From Mobula hypostoma (taxonomy: Eukaryota): a stretch of DNA of 64,000 nt. The notes under the pieces are model-generated. The model made no database searches, was not told where the DNA came from, and saw only the letters and a program-made list of their open reading frames with translations. The position numbers and the translations under genes were made by a program. Of the stretch, positions 13,681 through 26,514 are shown piece after piece. How positions within the stretch are numbered: position 1 is the stretch's first letter; every line of letters begins with the position of its first letter. The stretch lies in NCBI RefSeq assembly GCF_963921235.1, contig NC_086107.1, positions 97,032,001 to 97,096,000 on the forward strand, written 5' to 3'.

Positions 13681-15984
13681 TGTCACCAAATGCAACTAAT
13701 TGAAGTTCCCAATCTGAGGTCCACAGACCTTTCGGTTAATAGCATAAAAAAGGTTGGGAACCCCTGAACTAAAGGATACTCAAGTAGTCAGTTGAAATGC
13801 AGTTGGTTTTACGGATCAGTGTGGAGCAGGTAAAACAGATGGAGTTACAATTCTATGCCATTTATCACCATGCCCTGCATACCTTGCTGCAGAGTGAACA
13901 AAGCAAGCAACCCAAATGCTTCTTGCCCGGAAACCCTGAAGCTTGCAGGCTCTGGTCAGCCCAAGTTTGACCCTGACTGATCTGAAATGCACGTGGATGT
14001 CTCTGGATTCCCACTGTTTCCTGTAAATTAGAACACAGTCTCTGTCTCAAGTCCCAAGTGTTCCAGTAAGGAGTGTGTAGTTCACCAGTACAAGGACCAG
14101 TGTAGGGTAAACTGGGTAAATCTGGTCATCATGAAGTCCATGTTGGCGCAGAGTGCAAGAACTGCTGTACAGGTCCACCTGTTGGCTTGTGGAAGTACTG
14201 CAATATCCGAGGTGGGCGCAGGTCAGAGGGCTGATAGAAACATCTTGCTCTGAACATGCTGAGATCTGGAAATCTTCACAGGCAAAGAATTAGAAAGAGC
14301 TGTCTTAACTTATGAATTTCTATTCACACAGATGATGAAACATATTGCGATGTGCTGAATGACTGTGTCGCCTTCTTTCCCTGGTGTAGTTTAATCACCA
14401 GAGTTTTGACAAAGTCGTCGTCGTCATCATTATGTGCCATACCATGTGACAAAAGTCTCCATTGGGAGGACCTAGCTGCAGGATAAGAGGCTGGTCATTT
14501 AAAACGGAATGAGTAGAAATTTATTTCCTCAGAGAGTGTTGAATCTCTACCGAGAGGGTTGTGAGGCTCATTATTTAAGGTGGAGGTAGGTACATTGTTG
14601 AAAGCTCAGGGAATGGAGGGCTTTGGGGAACAGACTGGTTGACATGACTATATTGAATGACAGGGCAGGTGGCCCTGTTGTTGCTTGTGTATTCTGGTGC
14701 ATAAATGAGACAATGCTGACGAGCTCAACTTCCTAATTCTTATCCAACTTCTGTTCATTATCATCCTCCTGCCAGCTGACCTCCAGACTATCTATACCTC
14801 CATTTTGTAATTCCCACTCTGCATTCAACTCATTCTCTAGCCTTAGCTCTCTCCTGCTCTGTAAACTTTTCCCAACACCACAACACTCCCTGTGTTCCTC
14901 CAGTCTGACTTTCTGATCATTTCCAAATGCTGCCCTTGAAGCCCGAGCTTTCAGCTGCCAAAGCTCTTGGCTCTGAAATTCTCTCCTTATATCTATCTGC
15001 CTCTCTTCAGGATCCTCCTCAAAGATCTACATCTTCTATTTCCCCCGCCCTTCTACGTGGGTAAACATTTGTTTATGGATCCCCCTGCTGCATTGGGCCT
15101 ATTGCTAGGTTAAAGGTATAAGGTAAATACAAAGCGAAGTTTGTGGTGTTGATTCCAGGTCGCAGATCTGGCGAGCGGGACAGAAAACACTGACTGCCAA
15201 AAGGTATATTAATCATTTATTTAGAAACAGTAAAAATCTGACTAAACATTCATGCTCCCCAAGTTACAGACACTACAAAGCTGAATATTCAACAAACATA
15301 CTTAGTTAAAAGTGCACGCGGAGCATACCTTCCCGATGGTCATGTGCACCGCTTGCCTTAAGCAAAGGAAGAGAGAAAGAACCTTCCACACATCTCTGTA
15401 CGTACCCAGGATATTTGAAACTGGACAGTAGCCAGCTAACCAATGGGAAAAGCAGATGCAGTTTCTAAACTAACCAATCACAACAGAAGCGACTTTTGAC
15501 AATCAGAATAAGCCACACCTCCCACAGGACAAGGTTTTCCTACAAAACATGTGGTGTGTGACCAACAACCTCTCCAAATGCGTTCTAAATAGATGCTGAG
15601 CTTTAAGATGCAATTGATGATGACTGATATATTTTGAGGCTGTCACGTTTCTCTATGAAATTTAGTGACTCTGATGCTGCAGGGTATAGAGGATGCAACA
15701 CGCTGGGCTGTCAGCCACAGATTTCTGGTCAATCTTGACAAAGTGTAGTGATCCAAAAGACCACTTAGAACTAGTCCAGTGTGGAAGCTATGTTATTGGA
15801 GAACAGCTGAGCTCCTTTCCTTGAGCTATGAGAAAGCATACCCTGGATGTAAGATCAGCAAGCCAGGCTCCAGTGGGTCTTCTGTTGGGTGTCAGAGTAG
15901 GAGCAGGGTGTGGTGCTCCCGTCATCACTATGGATCTGGGCATTAATTTCAATCATTATGTAATTGTTTGATTTTCTAGTCTGC

Positions 15985-16505
15985 CAGTGTCCACCCTCCA
16001 AAGAGCAGCCATTTTAATTCCCATTTCCATTTCCGTTCCAACATGTCATTCCATGGCCTCCTCTTGTGCCATGATGAGGCCACCCTCAGGGTGGAGGAGC
16101 AACACCTTATATTCTGTCTGGGTAGCCTCCAACCTGATGGCATGAACGTGGCTTTCTCCTTCTGGTAATTTTTTTTCCCTCCCCCCTCCCCTCTTCTTCT
16201 ATTCCCCACTCTGGCCTCTTAGCTCTTCTCACCTGCCTATCACCTCCCCTGGGTCCCCTCCTCCTTTCCTCTCTCCTGTGGCCCTCTCTCCTCTCCTGTC
16301 AGATTCCTTCCTTTCCAGCCCTTTACCTTTCCCACCCACCTGGCTTCACCTTCCCTTCCCCCTCCCTTCCCCCTTTTTATTCTGGCATCTTCCCCCTTCC
16401 TTTCCAGTCCTGAAGAAGGGTCTCAGCCCGAAACATTGACTGTTTATTCTTCTCCATAGATACTGCCTGACCTGCTGAGTTCCTCCAACATTTTGTGTCC
16501 TTGCT
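15985..16505 (+). mobile_element. Penelope-like element 3' end (GIY-YIG C-terminus plus terminal repeat)
   Basis: Translates as ...HGLLLCHDEATLRVEEQHLIFCLGSLQPDGMNV; pyrimidine-rich UTR; CTGAAGA...GAAA core at 16405-16442. Confidence 0.8.
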
Positions 16506-16985
16506 TAAGGAGTGGATAGTTTAGTTTTGTGAAAGATAGTGCCCAGCAGTCAGACTTATTCATGTGATCACAGTGACACAGACACATGCACACCTCGCAG
16601 AGATATTAGCTGGATGTCTTCCCAACCCTGGAGTGCAAGGGAAATTTTTTTCTCTAACTCAGGCTAAGGATAATCATAAATAAAGCATGCTGGATAAAGC
16701 ACAAAATATTTGAAGTCTAAGACTCCCTTTGTGTCTCTCCCAGATTATGCCCTATTCTCAGACACTTTCACTTGCTGTCATTTACATAAAAATACAAGAG
16801 ATTCTGCAGATGTTGGAAATTTTGAGCAATGTACGTAAATGCTGGATGAGCTCGGCAGGTCATGCAGCATCTACAGAGATGAGTAAACAGTCAGTGTTGT
16901 AGGCCGAGACTTAGCTGTCCCTTCGTGCCCGTGTGACACGGTCAATAGTGACTGAGCCAGTAGAGGGAGCTCAGCCACCAGCAAT

Positions 16986-16992
16986 GAGAGAG

Positions 16993-17069
<77 letters not shown>

Positions 17070-17214
17070 CAGACAGAGAGACAGAGAGGGAGAGAGAGAG
17101 AGAGACAGAGAGAGAGAGAGACAGAGAGACAGACAGAGAGACAGAGAGGGAGAGAGAGAGAGAGAGAGAGAGAGACACAGACAGAGAGAGACAGAGAGAG
17201 AGAGAAAGACACAC

Positions 17215-17248
<34 letters not shown>

Positions 17249-17260
17249 TGAGAGAGAGAC

Positions 17261-17313
<53 letters not shown>

Positions 17314-17399
17314 GTGAGAGACAGAGAGAGAGACAGACAGAGAGAGAGAGAGGGAGAGGGAGAGAGACAGAGAGAGACAGAGAGAGACAGACAGAGAGA

Positions 17400-17453
<54 letters not shown>

Positions 17454-18056
17454 GAGAGACAGAGAGAGAGTGAGAGAGACAGAGAGAGAGAGAGACAGAG
17501 AGCGAGAGAGAGAGAGAGACAGACAGAGAGAGAGAGGGAGAGGGAGAGAGACAGAGAGAGACAGAGAGAGAGACAGACACAGAGAGAGACAGAGAGACAG
17601 AGAGAAAGAAAGAGAGGGATGGAGAGAGAGAGAGAGGGCAGTGAGAGAGGGAGAGAGGGAGAGAGAGACAGAGAGAGATAGAGAGAGGCAGAGAGAGAGA
17701 CAGAGAAAGAGAGACAGAGACAGAGAGTGAGAGAGAGAGAGAGGGAGAGGGAAGAGAGAGAGAGGAAAGAGAGACGGAGAAAGAGAGAGAGAAAGAGAGA
17801 GAGAGATAGGGTCAGACAGCGGGAGAGAGGGGGTCAGAGAGAGAGAGGGCAGTGAGAGAGGGAGAAAGGGAGCGAGACAGAGAGAGATAGAGAGAGGAAC
17901 AGAGAGAGACAGAGAGAGAGAGAGACAGAGAAAGAGAGAGAGACAGAGACAGGGAGAAAGAGAGGGACAGAGAGAGAGAGATGGAGTCAGAGAGCGGGAG
18001 AGAGAGAGAGGGCAGTGAGAGAGGGAGAAAGGGAGAGAGAGACAGAGAGAGAGAGA
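16986..18056. repeat. About 1.07-kb compound (GA)n/(GACA)n microsatellite
   Basis: Direct reading. Confidence 0.97.
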
Positions 18057-18239
18057 AAATAGCCTTCACCATAACTGATTGTATCTCTGCTGCAGTTAAC
18101 CTCTCCACCAGAAGTAATGCTCTCTTCACCTCAAGTAAGTCACTCTCCATTGGACGTTAACCCTCTTTCTGCTGCAGTTAATCCACTCTCTACCAGAGGT
18201 AACCCTCTCTTCATGCTTCAAACATAACACACTCTTATA

Positions 18240-18375
18240 AACAAGAGGAAATCTGCAGATACTGGAAATCCAAGCAACACACACAAAATGCTGAAGGAAC
18301 TCAACGGGCCAGACAGTATCAATGGAAAAGAGTAAACAGTTGACGTTTCGTGCCGAGACCCTTCGGCAGGACTGG
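18240..18375 (-). mobile_element. Penelope-derived terminal repeat fragment
   Basis: Reverse complement of the repeat at 24890-25025 and 16405-16505. Confidence 0.75.
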
Positions 18376-18968
18376 TTGAGGCTGGCCGGTTCGATAAGCG
18401 TACAGGGACTGTGGATGGGTGCTGGGATTTAATAGGCTGCAGGAGGTAAGTTGGAAGGGAATGACAATGACGCCTGCTAGCTGGGTGAAGGCTGAAGGTA
18501 GCAGCCAGTGCCAGCGGAACCCCTCGGTGAGTGAAGCATCCAAGGTGAAACTGGTCAGCACCCAAGACCCCTTCTCTGGGCCTTACTCTTCCCAGTCGAC
18601 CAGATACTGCACATATCATCCATGACGATGTGAATTTATCGACTGGCACACCTACACTGGACCACCTTCCACCATCCGGAGGTCCAGGTTCAGGTGGGTT
18701 GAGTGGTCTGTGGACAAGTGCTTGCGACAGGACACATGGAAGCTAGGTGAGATCCTGGGGCCTGGTGGCAGCTCAGATGGTAACTGACTGGGATGATGCG
18801 ATGGAGAATCTTGAAGGGATTGCTGAACTGGGGCAAGAGCTTACGGGAGTCGGTATGCAGGGGCAGATTCCTATGCAGCTGCGGTCCCCAGGCTGGGCTC
18901 TGATGGGATTAGCCTGGTTGCAGAAGGTGCGACTGCAGCTAGGAAGGACCTTTATACCTTCTTCCAGG

Positions 18969-19533
18969 TGTAACATGCCGTAAGGTTTCACTGCTAAGGC
19001 TAATGTAATGTTTCACTGTTAAGGTCATGGTTTCTCTGTAGCAGCAATGTTTGGGTTATGGCTAGAGATAACAGGAGTTTGGAATGTACGTTATCCAATG
19101 GGAGAAACGTTGTTCTTTCTTGTGTGTCTGGGAGCTGGGTTTTTCACGGATTTTCGTCGGGGAGCGATGGAGAGAGAGGACGCGAGTGGAGAGAGCTGGA
19201 AGACCACCGGATGGAGTGGACTGAGGAACGAGGGTCTGAGGGCCGGCGACTCTTGGAGGAGGTCCATGGTTGATGAATAACCGTATCAATGAGTTCGAAC
19301 GATGACTTTTTACTTTTACTCTTTGTTTTCTTTACTAGCCTTTCATTCAGATTAAGATTTATAAAGCTCAATCATTTAATCACGTATTGTGCACTGTCTG
19401 ATATTTTGCGGTGCGGATTTGTAACCGGGCAACACGTCACGCAGCATCCACACAAACGAGATTTCTCAGTTTGGCGGGGCCAGGAGTTGTTTTCCCCTAC
19501 AGGAACATGTGCTGACCAAGCCTGATAGTTGCA
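18969..19533 (+). mobile_element. Probable solo LTR inserted in the chromovirus
   Basis: Termini TGTAAC...GTTGCA; non-coding; interrupts integrase homology; no clean TSD seen. Confidence 0.5.
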
Positions 19534-19869
19534 GAAGCATTCCGGCAACAGAGAACAAGGGCTCTGACAGATGGGACCTCCATTGTTGGGCTTCCATAGG
19601 GAACAAGTGGGTTGGTAGCCATGAAGCACTTCAACGGGTGAAATAGCCATGGCAGAGGTGGTGTGTAGATCGTGGAGCAGCTTGGCCCAGAGCAAATACT
19701 TCATCTATGTGGAGGGGGTGGGAGGTGGCAGAGCATGGCAGAAACTTCCTCACTTGCTGTTTGCTTTTTTCCAATTGACCATTGGTCTGCAGATGATAGC
19801 CAGAGGATAAACTCATCGATGTGTGGAGGAGGGAGTGGAAGGCTTGACAGAAGCAGGAGACGAATTGTA

Positions 19870-21541
19870 AGAATGTGTAACATAAGGGAAACAGATAGGG
19901 AAGTTATGGAAACTATGATGATTAAAGAAGAGGAGGTACTGGCGCTTTTAAGGAATATAAAAGTGGATAAGTCTCCAGATCCCGACAGGATATTCCCTCG
20001 GACCTTGAGGGAAGTTAGTGTGGAAATAGCAGGGGCTCTGACAGAAATATTTCAAATGTCATTACAAACGGGGATGGTGCCGGAGGATTGGCGTATTGCT
20101 CATGTTGTTCCATTGTTTAAAATGGGTTCTAAGAGTAAACCTAGCAATTATCGGCCTGTGAGTTTGACGTCAGTGGTGGGTAAATTGATGGAAAGTATTC
20201 TTAGAGATGGTATATATAATTATCTGGATAGACAGGGTCTGATTAGGAACAGTCAACATGGATTTGTGCGTGGGAGGTCACGTTTAACAAATCTTATTGA
20301 ATTTTTTGAAGAGGTTACAAGGAATGTTGACGAGGGTAAAGCGGTAGATGTTGTCTATATGGACCTTAGTAAGGTCTTTGACAAGGTTCCACACGGAAGG
20401 TTAGTTAGGAAGGCTCAATCGTTAGGTATTAATATTGAAGTAGTAAAATGGATTCAGCAGTGGCTGGATGGGAGACACCAGAGAGTAGTGGTGGATAACT
20501 GTTTGTCAGATTGGAGGCCGGTGACTAGTGGTTTGCCTCAGGGATCTGTACTGGGTCCAATGTTGTTTGTCATATACATTAATGATCTGGATGATGGGGT
20601 GGTAAATTTGATTAGTAAGTATGCAGATGATATTAAGATAGGTGGTGTTGTGGATAATGAAGTAGGTTTTCAAAGCTTGCAGAGAGATTTAGGCCAGTTA
20701 GAAGAGTGGGCTGAAAGATGGCAGATGGAATTTAATGCTGATAAATGTGAGGTGCTACATTTTGCTAGGACTAATCAAAATAGGACATACATGGAAAATG
20801 GTAGGGCATTGAAGAATGCAGTAGAACAGAGGGATCTAGGAATAATGGTGCATAGTTCCCTGAAGGTGGAATCTCATGTGGATAGGGTGGTGAAGAAAGC
20901 TTTTGGTATGCTGGCCTTTATAAATCAGAGCATTGAGTATAGGAGTTGGGATGTAATGTTGAAATTGTATAAGGCATTGGTAAGGGCAAATTTGGAGTAT
21001 TGTGTACTGTTTTGGTTACCGAATTATAGGAGAGATGTCAACAAAATAGAGAGAGTACAGAGAAGATTTACTAGAATGTCACCTGGGTTTCATCACCTAA
21101 CTTACAGAGAAAGGTTGAACAAGTTGGGTCTTTATTCTTTGGAGCGTAGAAGGTTGAGGGGAGACTTGATAGAGGTATTTAAAATTATGAGGGGGATAGA
21201 TAGAGTTGACGTGGATAGGCTTTTTTCCATTGAGAGTGGGGGAGATTCAAACAAGATGACATGAGTTGAGAGTTAAAGGGCAAAAGTTTAGGGGTAACAT
21301 GAGGGGGAGCTTCTTTACTCAGAGAATGGTGGCTGTGTGGAACGAGCTTCCAGCAGAAGTGGTTGAGGCAGGTTTGATGTTGTCATTTAAAATTAAATTG
21401 GATAGCTATATGGACAGGAAAGGAACGGAGGGTTATGGGCTGAGTGCAGGTTGGTGGGACTAGGTGAGAGTAAGAGTTCGGCATGGACTAGAAGGGCTGA
21501 GATGGCCTGTTTCTGTGCTGTAATTGTTATATGGTTATGTG
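19870..21541 (+). mobile_element. 5'-truncated CR1 LINE with a long RT ORF
   Basis: ORF 19672-21264 with PQGSVLGP and KYADD motifs; frameshift near 21225; (TTATATGG)-like tail; TSD gaattgta at 19862-19869 and 21542-21549. Confidence 0.95.
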
Positions 21542-21929
21542 GAATTGTAGACTCATGGCAACATGTCCTGAGGGAAGCTGTGGGGGTGAACTACATGTTG
21601 GAGAAGCAGGTCCAACGTCTCAGCAGCTGACAGAAGTTTGGACAGGGCAATGAACTGGGTCACCTTGGAGAAATGATTGACCAGTTTTAGGAACACAGTG
21701 GCCCCGTTGAAAGACGGCAAACCTGCGATGAAATCCATTGCGATGTGGGATCACGGTTGCGGAGGGACTGGCCGAGGCCTGGACAGCTGCTGGTTGGGGG
21801 GATTGGACTGGGCACATTGAGGGCAGCAGCAACGAACTGTTGTACATTTGCAATCGTGGTGGGCCACCAGAACTGGCAACGCAGAAAATCCAGAGCCTGC
21901 CATGCACCTGGTTGACCAGAATGGGGTGA

Positions 21930-22465
21930 GGAGTGTCTTGGAGGACACAGCCGCTGATGCTAAGGGGAAGGCCCCATATCCTTGGCTTTGCCTATTGCTT
22001 GTTGCTGGGGTCGGGGTCAAAGCGCTCGGCAGAGATGGTGCTCGGTGCTTGGTGTCGGAGGGCTGGTCGGAGGCTTGAAGTTTTCGGACGGACTCAAGTG
22101 TCGTCTGTGGTCGAGTGCTTCCAGGGTGCTGCGTCGGCAAGTTTGCGGCGCTGGAAGCTCATGGCAGGGAGAGTTTCACTTCCTTCTACCGTTTGCGTGA
22201 GATGATGGGACTTTCGAGAGACTTTGAGACTTTTTTTTAACCGTGCCCATGGTCTGTTCTTTATCAAATTATGGTATTGCTTTGCACTGTTGTAACTATA
22301 TGTTATAGTTATGTGGTTTTTGACAGTTTTTTTAGTCTTGGTTTGTCTTGTGTTTCTGTGATATCATTCATGGAGGAACATTGTATCATTTCTTAATGCA
22401 TGCATTACTCAATGACAATAAAAGAGGACTGCGTGTCCTCATAATCTAAGATTCTAATAATCTAA
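21930..22465 (+). mobile_element. Non-coding retroposon with a (TCTAA)n tail
   Basis: Highly similar reverse copies at 52020-52465 and 63410-63960. Confidence 0.75.
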
Positions 22466-22614
22466 TATGCCATTGTCAGGGGACCCGGTGGATCTGGTTC
22501 TCAAAGTCCCAGATGATCAGGGTGAGGACCTGGGAGGATGGAAGGATGGGCTGAGGGCTGACATCCGTTTCAGCTGGATTGAGCTGTCGTGACAGGGCAT
22601 CTACCAAGACCTTA

Positions 22615-23630
22615 ACAGAGGGACCTTGGGGTTCAAGTTCATAACTCGCCAGTAGTGCCTACGCAGGTTGATAGGGTGGTTAAGGGGACATATGGCAAGC
22701 ATGCCTTTGTTAGTCAAGGCCATGAGTTCAAAAGTCAAGAAGTTATGTTGCAGCTTTATATTTAGGCTGTGTCTGGAGTACTGCACATAGTTCAGGTTGC
22801 CTCACTATAGGAAGGATGTTGAGGCTTTGCAGAGGGTGTAGGAGTGATATACCAGCAAGTTGCCTGGTTTAGAGGGCATGGGCTATAAGGAGGAGGCTGG
22901 ATAAACTTGAATTGTTTTCTCCAGAGCAGGCTGAGGGGAGATCTGATAGAAGCTTATAGGATTACGAGCGGCATAGATAGAGTGGACAGGGAGTATCTGT
23001 TTCCCAGGGTTGAAATGTATAATACTTGAAGAGCATTTAGTTAAAGTGAAATGGGGTAATTTCAAAGGAGATGTGAGGGGCTAGATTTTTACCCAGCGAG
23101 TAGTGGGTGGTTGGAAAGCGCTTTCTGGGGTGTGGTAGCATTAGGGACTTTTATGAGACATTTAGATAAGTACATGAATGTGAGGGAATTGGAGGGACAG
23201 GAATATCGTGAAGGCAGTAAAGAAGAGTTCAGTTATCCGTTTGATTACTAGTTTAATTGGATTGGCACAACACTCTGGGCCAAAGGACCCATTCCTGTGA
23301 TGTATTGTTCTATGTTCTATGATGTGCTTAAATCCTTTATTTTCGCTGTGGCATGGAGTATCAATAACAAGAGGGCAGGGGTTCAGGGTGAGAGGGAAGA
23401 GTTTTAAAGGGGGCATATTTTTTACACAGAGAGCATTTGATACTGGGAAAGCTCTGCCAGAGTAGGTGGTGGAATCAGATACAATCCCTGCTTTTTTATA
23501 AACATTTGGGCATAAAATAGGCAAGGCACAGAAGTTTATGGTCCTAAAGCGAGCAAATGGGGTTAGTGTAGATGCGGAATGGGGTTGGCATGAACATGAT
23601 GGACCGAACGGCCTGCTTCTGCGCTCTACA
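22615..23630 (+). mobile_element. Two old CR1 3' remnants
   Basis: LEYC..F..PHYRKDV-type motifs; (TTCTATG)n tail near 23310. Confidence 0.7.
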
Positions 23631-24805
23631 ACTCTGCCACACCATGTTTGCTTATCAGACAATCAGATTCAAAAGAACAGCAGGGTGACAATTTACTCCA
23701 GTTAGAAGAGGCATTCAACAAATGTTTGGACCAATTAATTCAGCACTTGTGTTTGCATACGGTAACACCCAGTGAGAAGAGCACAGATTGAAGCCACACA
23801 TTATTACCAAGGAGGAGGGAGGTTCAGAACTGACTGTGAAAAAATGAACACGATGCTCCGTGGTGCCTTTGGGATTTTTATAATGAACTACAGAAGAGAA
23901 AAGAATCAAAATATTAGTTAGAATCAAGATATTAGTTTTATATTGTTGAGCATAATTACAGTTTAAGTATCATCTGATGATATTAGTAAAGAGGCCCTCA
24001 CAGGTTTAAATGACAAGCTTCCATGCACCCTTTGAGTAGCAGCGATATTTTGTTTATTTAAGTGTTCACCTGCTACAAACAACTTGGCACTTCTTGCCAC
24101 TGGTGTAAACGCCAAAGTGAAGTGACGGGAATTTAATCACGGAACCAGACTAAATCAAATGCTAATGGAGTTGTTCTCAGCGAGAAATACTCAGTTAAGG
24201 TAAATTAGCAATAGCTATTTCCACTGCTCCACGAGCTATCATGCACCTATCATTCAGAAATAAAGTGCGTGGAGGTGCAGCAGATAGGAAGACACTTAGC
24301 CCACTGTGCCCTCATCAACTCAATAAAAAGTACCTTCGAATTTGTCTCGATCCCCTGCCGTCTTCTCAGACTCTTGCAATTTATTTCTCAAGGGGCTGTT
24401 ACCCAAATACCTGTACGATGTTATTATTGACTTTACTTTCACCATTCCATGAAAACTACTCGCTACGTAAAATACTCCCGTCTCTCCTATGATTCTTTTG
24501 CTATTATTTTTAATTTGAGCCTTCCTGTTACTAACCCCTCTGCAGATTCTTTCAGTCAGCTCTGTCCCCATACTTGCAAGGAATGTCTGCATAACAAGTG
24601 ATCAATTTGAGTGAAGACTAGTAATCCAGAAAGCTGAGTTCAACCTCAAGCAGTTATAAAACTTGAAATGGAAACAAAATAATCCTAGTAATATAAACTA
24701 CAAAACTACTGGATTGTCATAAAGAAAACTCATTCAGATCACTAACTTGCTTAAACCTCCATCCTACTTGCCTCTGATAGTCTGTAAGGCAGGTGGAGAG
24801 GAGCA

Positions 24806-25225
24806 TCACACACAAAATGCTGGAGGAACTCAGCAGGCCAGGCAGCATCTGTGGAAAAGAGCACAGTTGATGATTTGGGCCGAGACCTCCAGTCCTGCAG
24901 AAGGGTCTCGGCCCGAAACGTCGACTGTACTCTTTTCTGTAGATGCTGCCTGGCCTGCTGAGTTCCTCCAGCATTTTGTGTGTGTTGCTCGGATTTCCAG
25001 CATCCGCAGATTTTCTCTTGTTTGTGATTTGATTACCACTCTGTGAAGTCTATTCCACGGAGGCCTACCCTGAAGAAGCTTAAATCTCCCCTGAGCCCTG
25101 ACGAAGGGCCCCAGCCCGAAACATCGACTGTTTATTCTTTTCCATAGATGCTACCTGGCCTGCTGAGTTCCTCCAGCATTTTGTGTGCGTTGCCTTGGAT
25201 TTCCAGCATCTGCAGATTTTCTCTT
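24806..25225. mobile_element. Penelope-derived repeats, including a fold-back pair (24806-24985) and a tandem copy (25095-25225)
   Basis: cacacaaaatgctggaggaactcagcaggccaggcagcatct is present on both strands around a hammerhead-like core. Confidence 0.8.
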
Positions 25226-25689
25226 TTTTTGTGAGGTGGAGAGGAGGATAGGACGATCCTTCTGTTGTCTTTGCTGACCTCTGTGTGTTCTCGGGGAAGA
25301 CACTCAAGGTCTTCCGTGATATCCTAGATGCTTTTACATTTTGATTGGTCGGGACCAAAGATCCCTCTGAATGTGATGGATTCAGAGTACTGCACTGATT
25401 CTATGAATCTGGTGACGGCTGTGCAAAAGGAGTGGCTTGGTCACCAGAGCAACATAAGTGTTCCTACACTGGAAGTGGACACTGTCTGCAAATGAAGAGG
25501 AGGCACTTGCTGCCCTAGTGGTCTTAAAGGTGGATAATTCACCACAGCCAGTTGGGATACAGTATATCTCAGACCGCTATGGGAGGCAAGGGAAGAGTTT
25601 GCAACATCTCTGGATGAAATTTCATTTACAAATTTGGTGGCCAAAAGTAAAATAACAGATGAGTGAAGGATGCCAATTATATTAATGTC

Positions 25690-26100
25690 ATCATCATTAA
25701 GTGCCATGTCATATGACATCATCATTATATACTATGTCATATGACATCATCATTATGAGCCATGTCATATTACGTGGGCGATTATGATCCTTGACGATGA
25801 TTGTTCTTGGCAATTTCTTTTCTCTACAGAAGTGGTTTGCCATTGCCTTCTTCTGGGCAGTATCTTAACAAGATGGGTGACCCCAGCCATTATCAATACT
25901 CTTCAGGGATTGTCTGCCTGGTGTCAGTGGTCACATAGCCAGGACTTGTGATGTGCACCAGCTGCTCATACGACCATCCACCACCCACTCCCAGGGCTTC
26001 ATGTGACCCTGATTGGGGGCTAAGGGGGTGCTACACTTTGCCCAAGGGTGACCTACAGGCTAGTGGAGGGAAGTGGTAGAGACGTATCTCCACCCCGCCA
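25690..26100 (-). mobile_element. SINE-like repeat with a triplicated tail unit
   Basis: Homolog of 49090-49430; three tandem copies of a catcatcatta...atgtcatatga unit at 25690-25775. Confidence 0.7.
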
Positions 26101-26104
26101 TCAG

Positions 26105-26480
26105 TGTAGGAAAGTTATTAGAAAAAAAAACTGAGGGGCAGGATTAATGATTATTTGCAAAGAAAAATGTGATCAGAGGTGACCAGCATGGTTTGGTAAA
26201 AAGCATATTTCATCCAACCTATCTAATTGAATTTCTTGAGGAGGTAATAAAGTGTATTGATGATAGTGGTGTGGTGGGTGTGGTTTACATAGACTTCAAC
26301 AAGGTCCCACACGGGAGACAGATTCAAAAGGTTCAGATCCTCACTGCTTGTAACACTTATGAATGATCAGGATGTGGCTACAGGAGGCATGATAAATAGG
26401 TTTGCAGATGTCAAGAAGGTCGGTAGAGTTGTAAGCTACAGGGTGATATCGAAGTGTCAGTGAAGTGGGCTGAGAACTGA
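26105..26480 (+). mobile_element. CR1 RT remnant
   Basis: IRGDQHGLVK...YLIEFLEEVIKCID...VVYIDFNKVPHGR. Confidence 0.8.
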
Positions 26481-26514
26481 CATTTTGGGCTGAACGCTGT
26501 TAGTCATGGGGTGA

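Larger units (their letters stand above)
18400..22605 (-). mobile_element. Degenerate chromodomain-bearing Gypsy (chromovirus/Sushi-like) integrase region, fragmented by insertions
   Basis: Minus strand: MDFIAGLPSFNGATVFLKLVNHFSK (21553-21738), SSGYHLQTNGQLEK (19631-19816), chromodomain VQYLVDWEE*GPEKGSW (about 18560-18615). Confidence 0.85.

Noticed and set aside
16933..17730. 265-aa RE/RD-rich ORF resembling the RBM25 RE/RD region
   Set aside because: Plain translation of a GA/GACA microsatellite, with no unique coding flanks; the same applies to the ORFs at 120-591 and 5681-6103
19672..19869. N-terminal extension of the 530-aa CR1 ORF, suggesting a fusion protein
   Set aside because: Chance read-through from the antisense strand of the Gypsy integrase, upstream of the TSD
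25690..25775. Short regularly spaced repeats that look CRISPR-like (also 1987-2061)
   Set aside because: Tandem duplications with no unique spacers and no cas genes, in eukaryotic DNA
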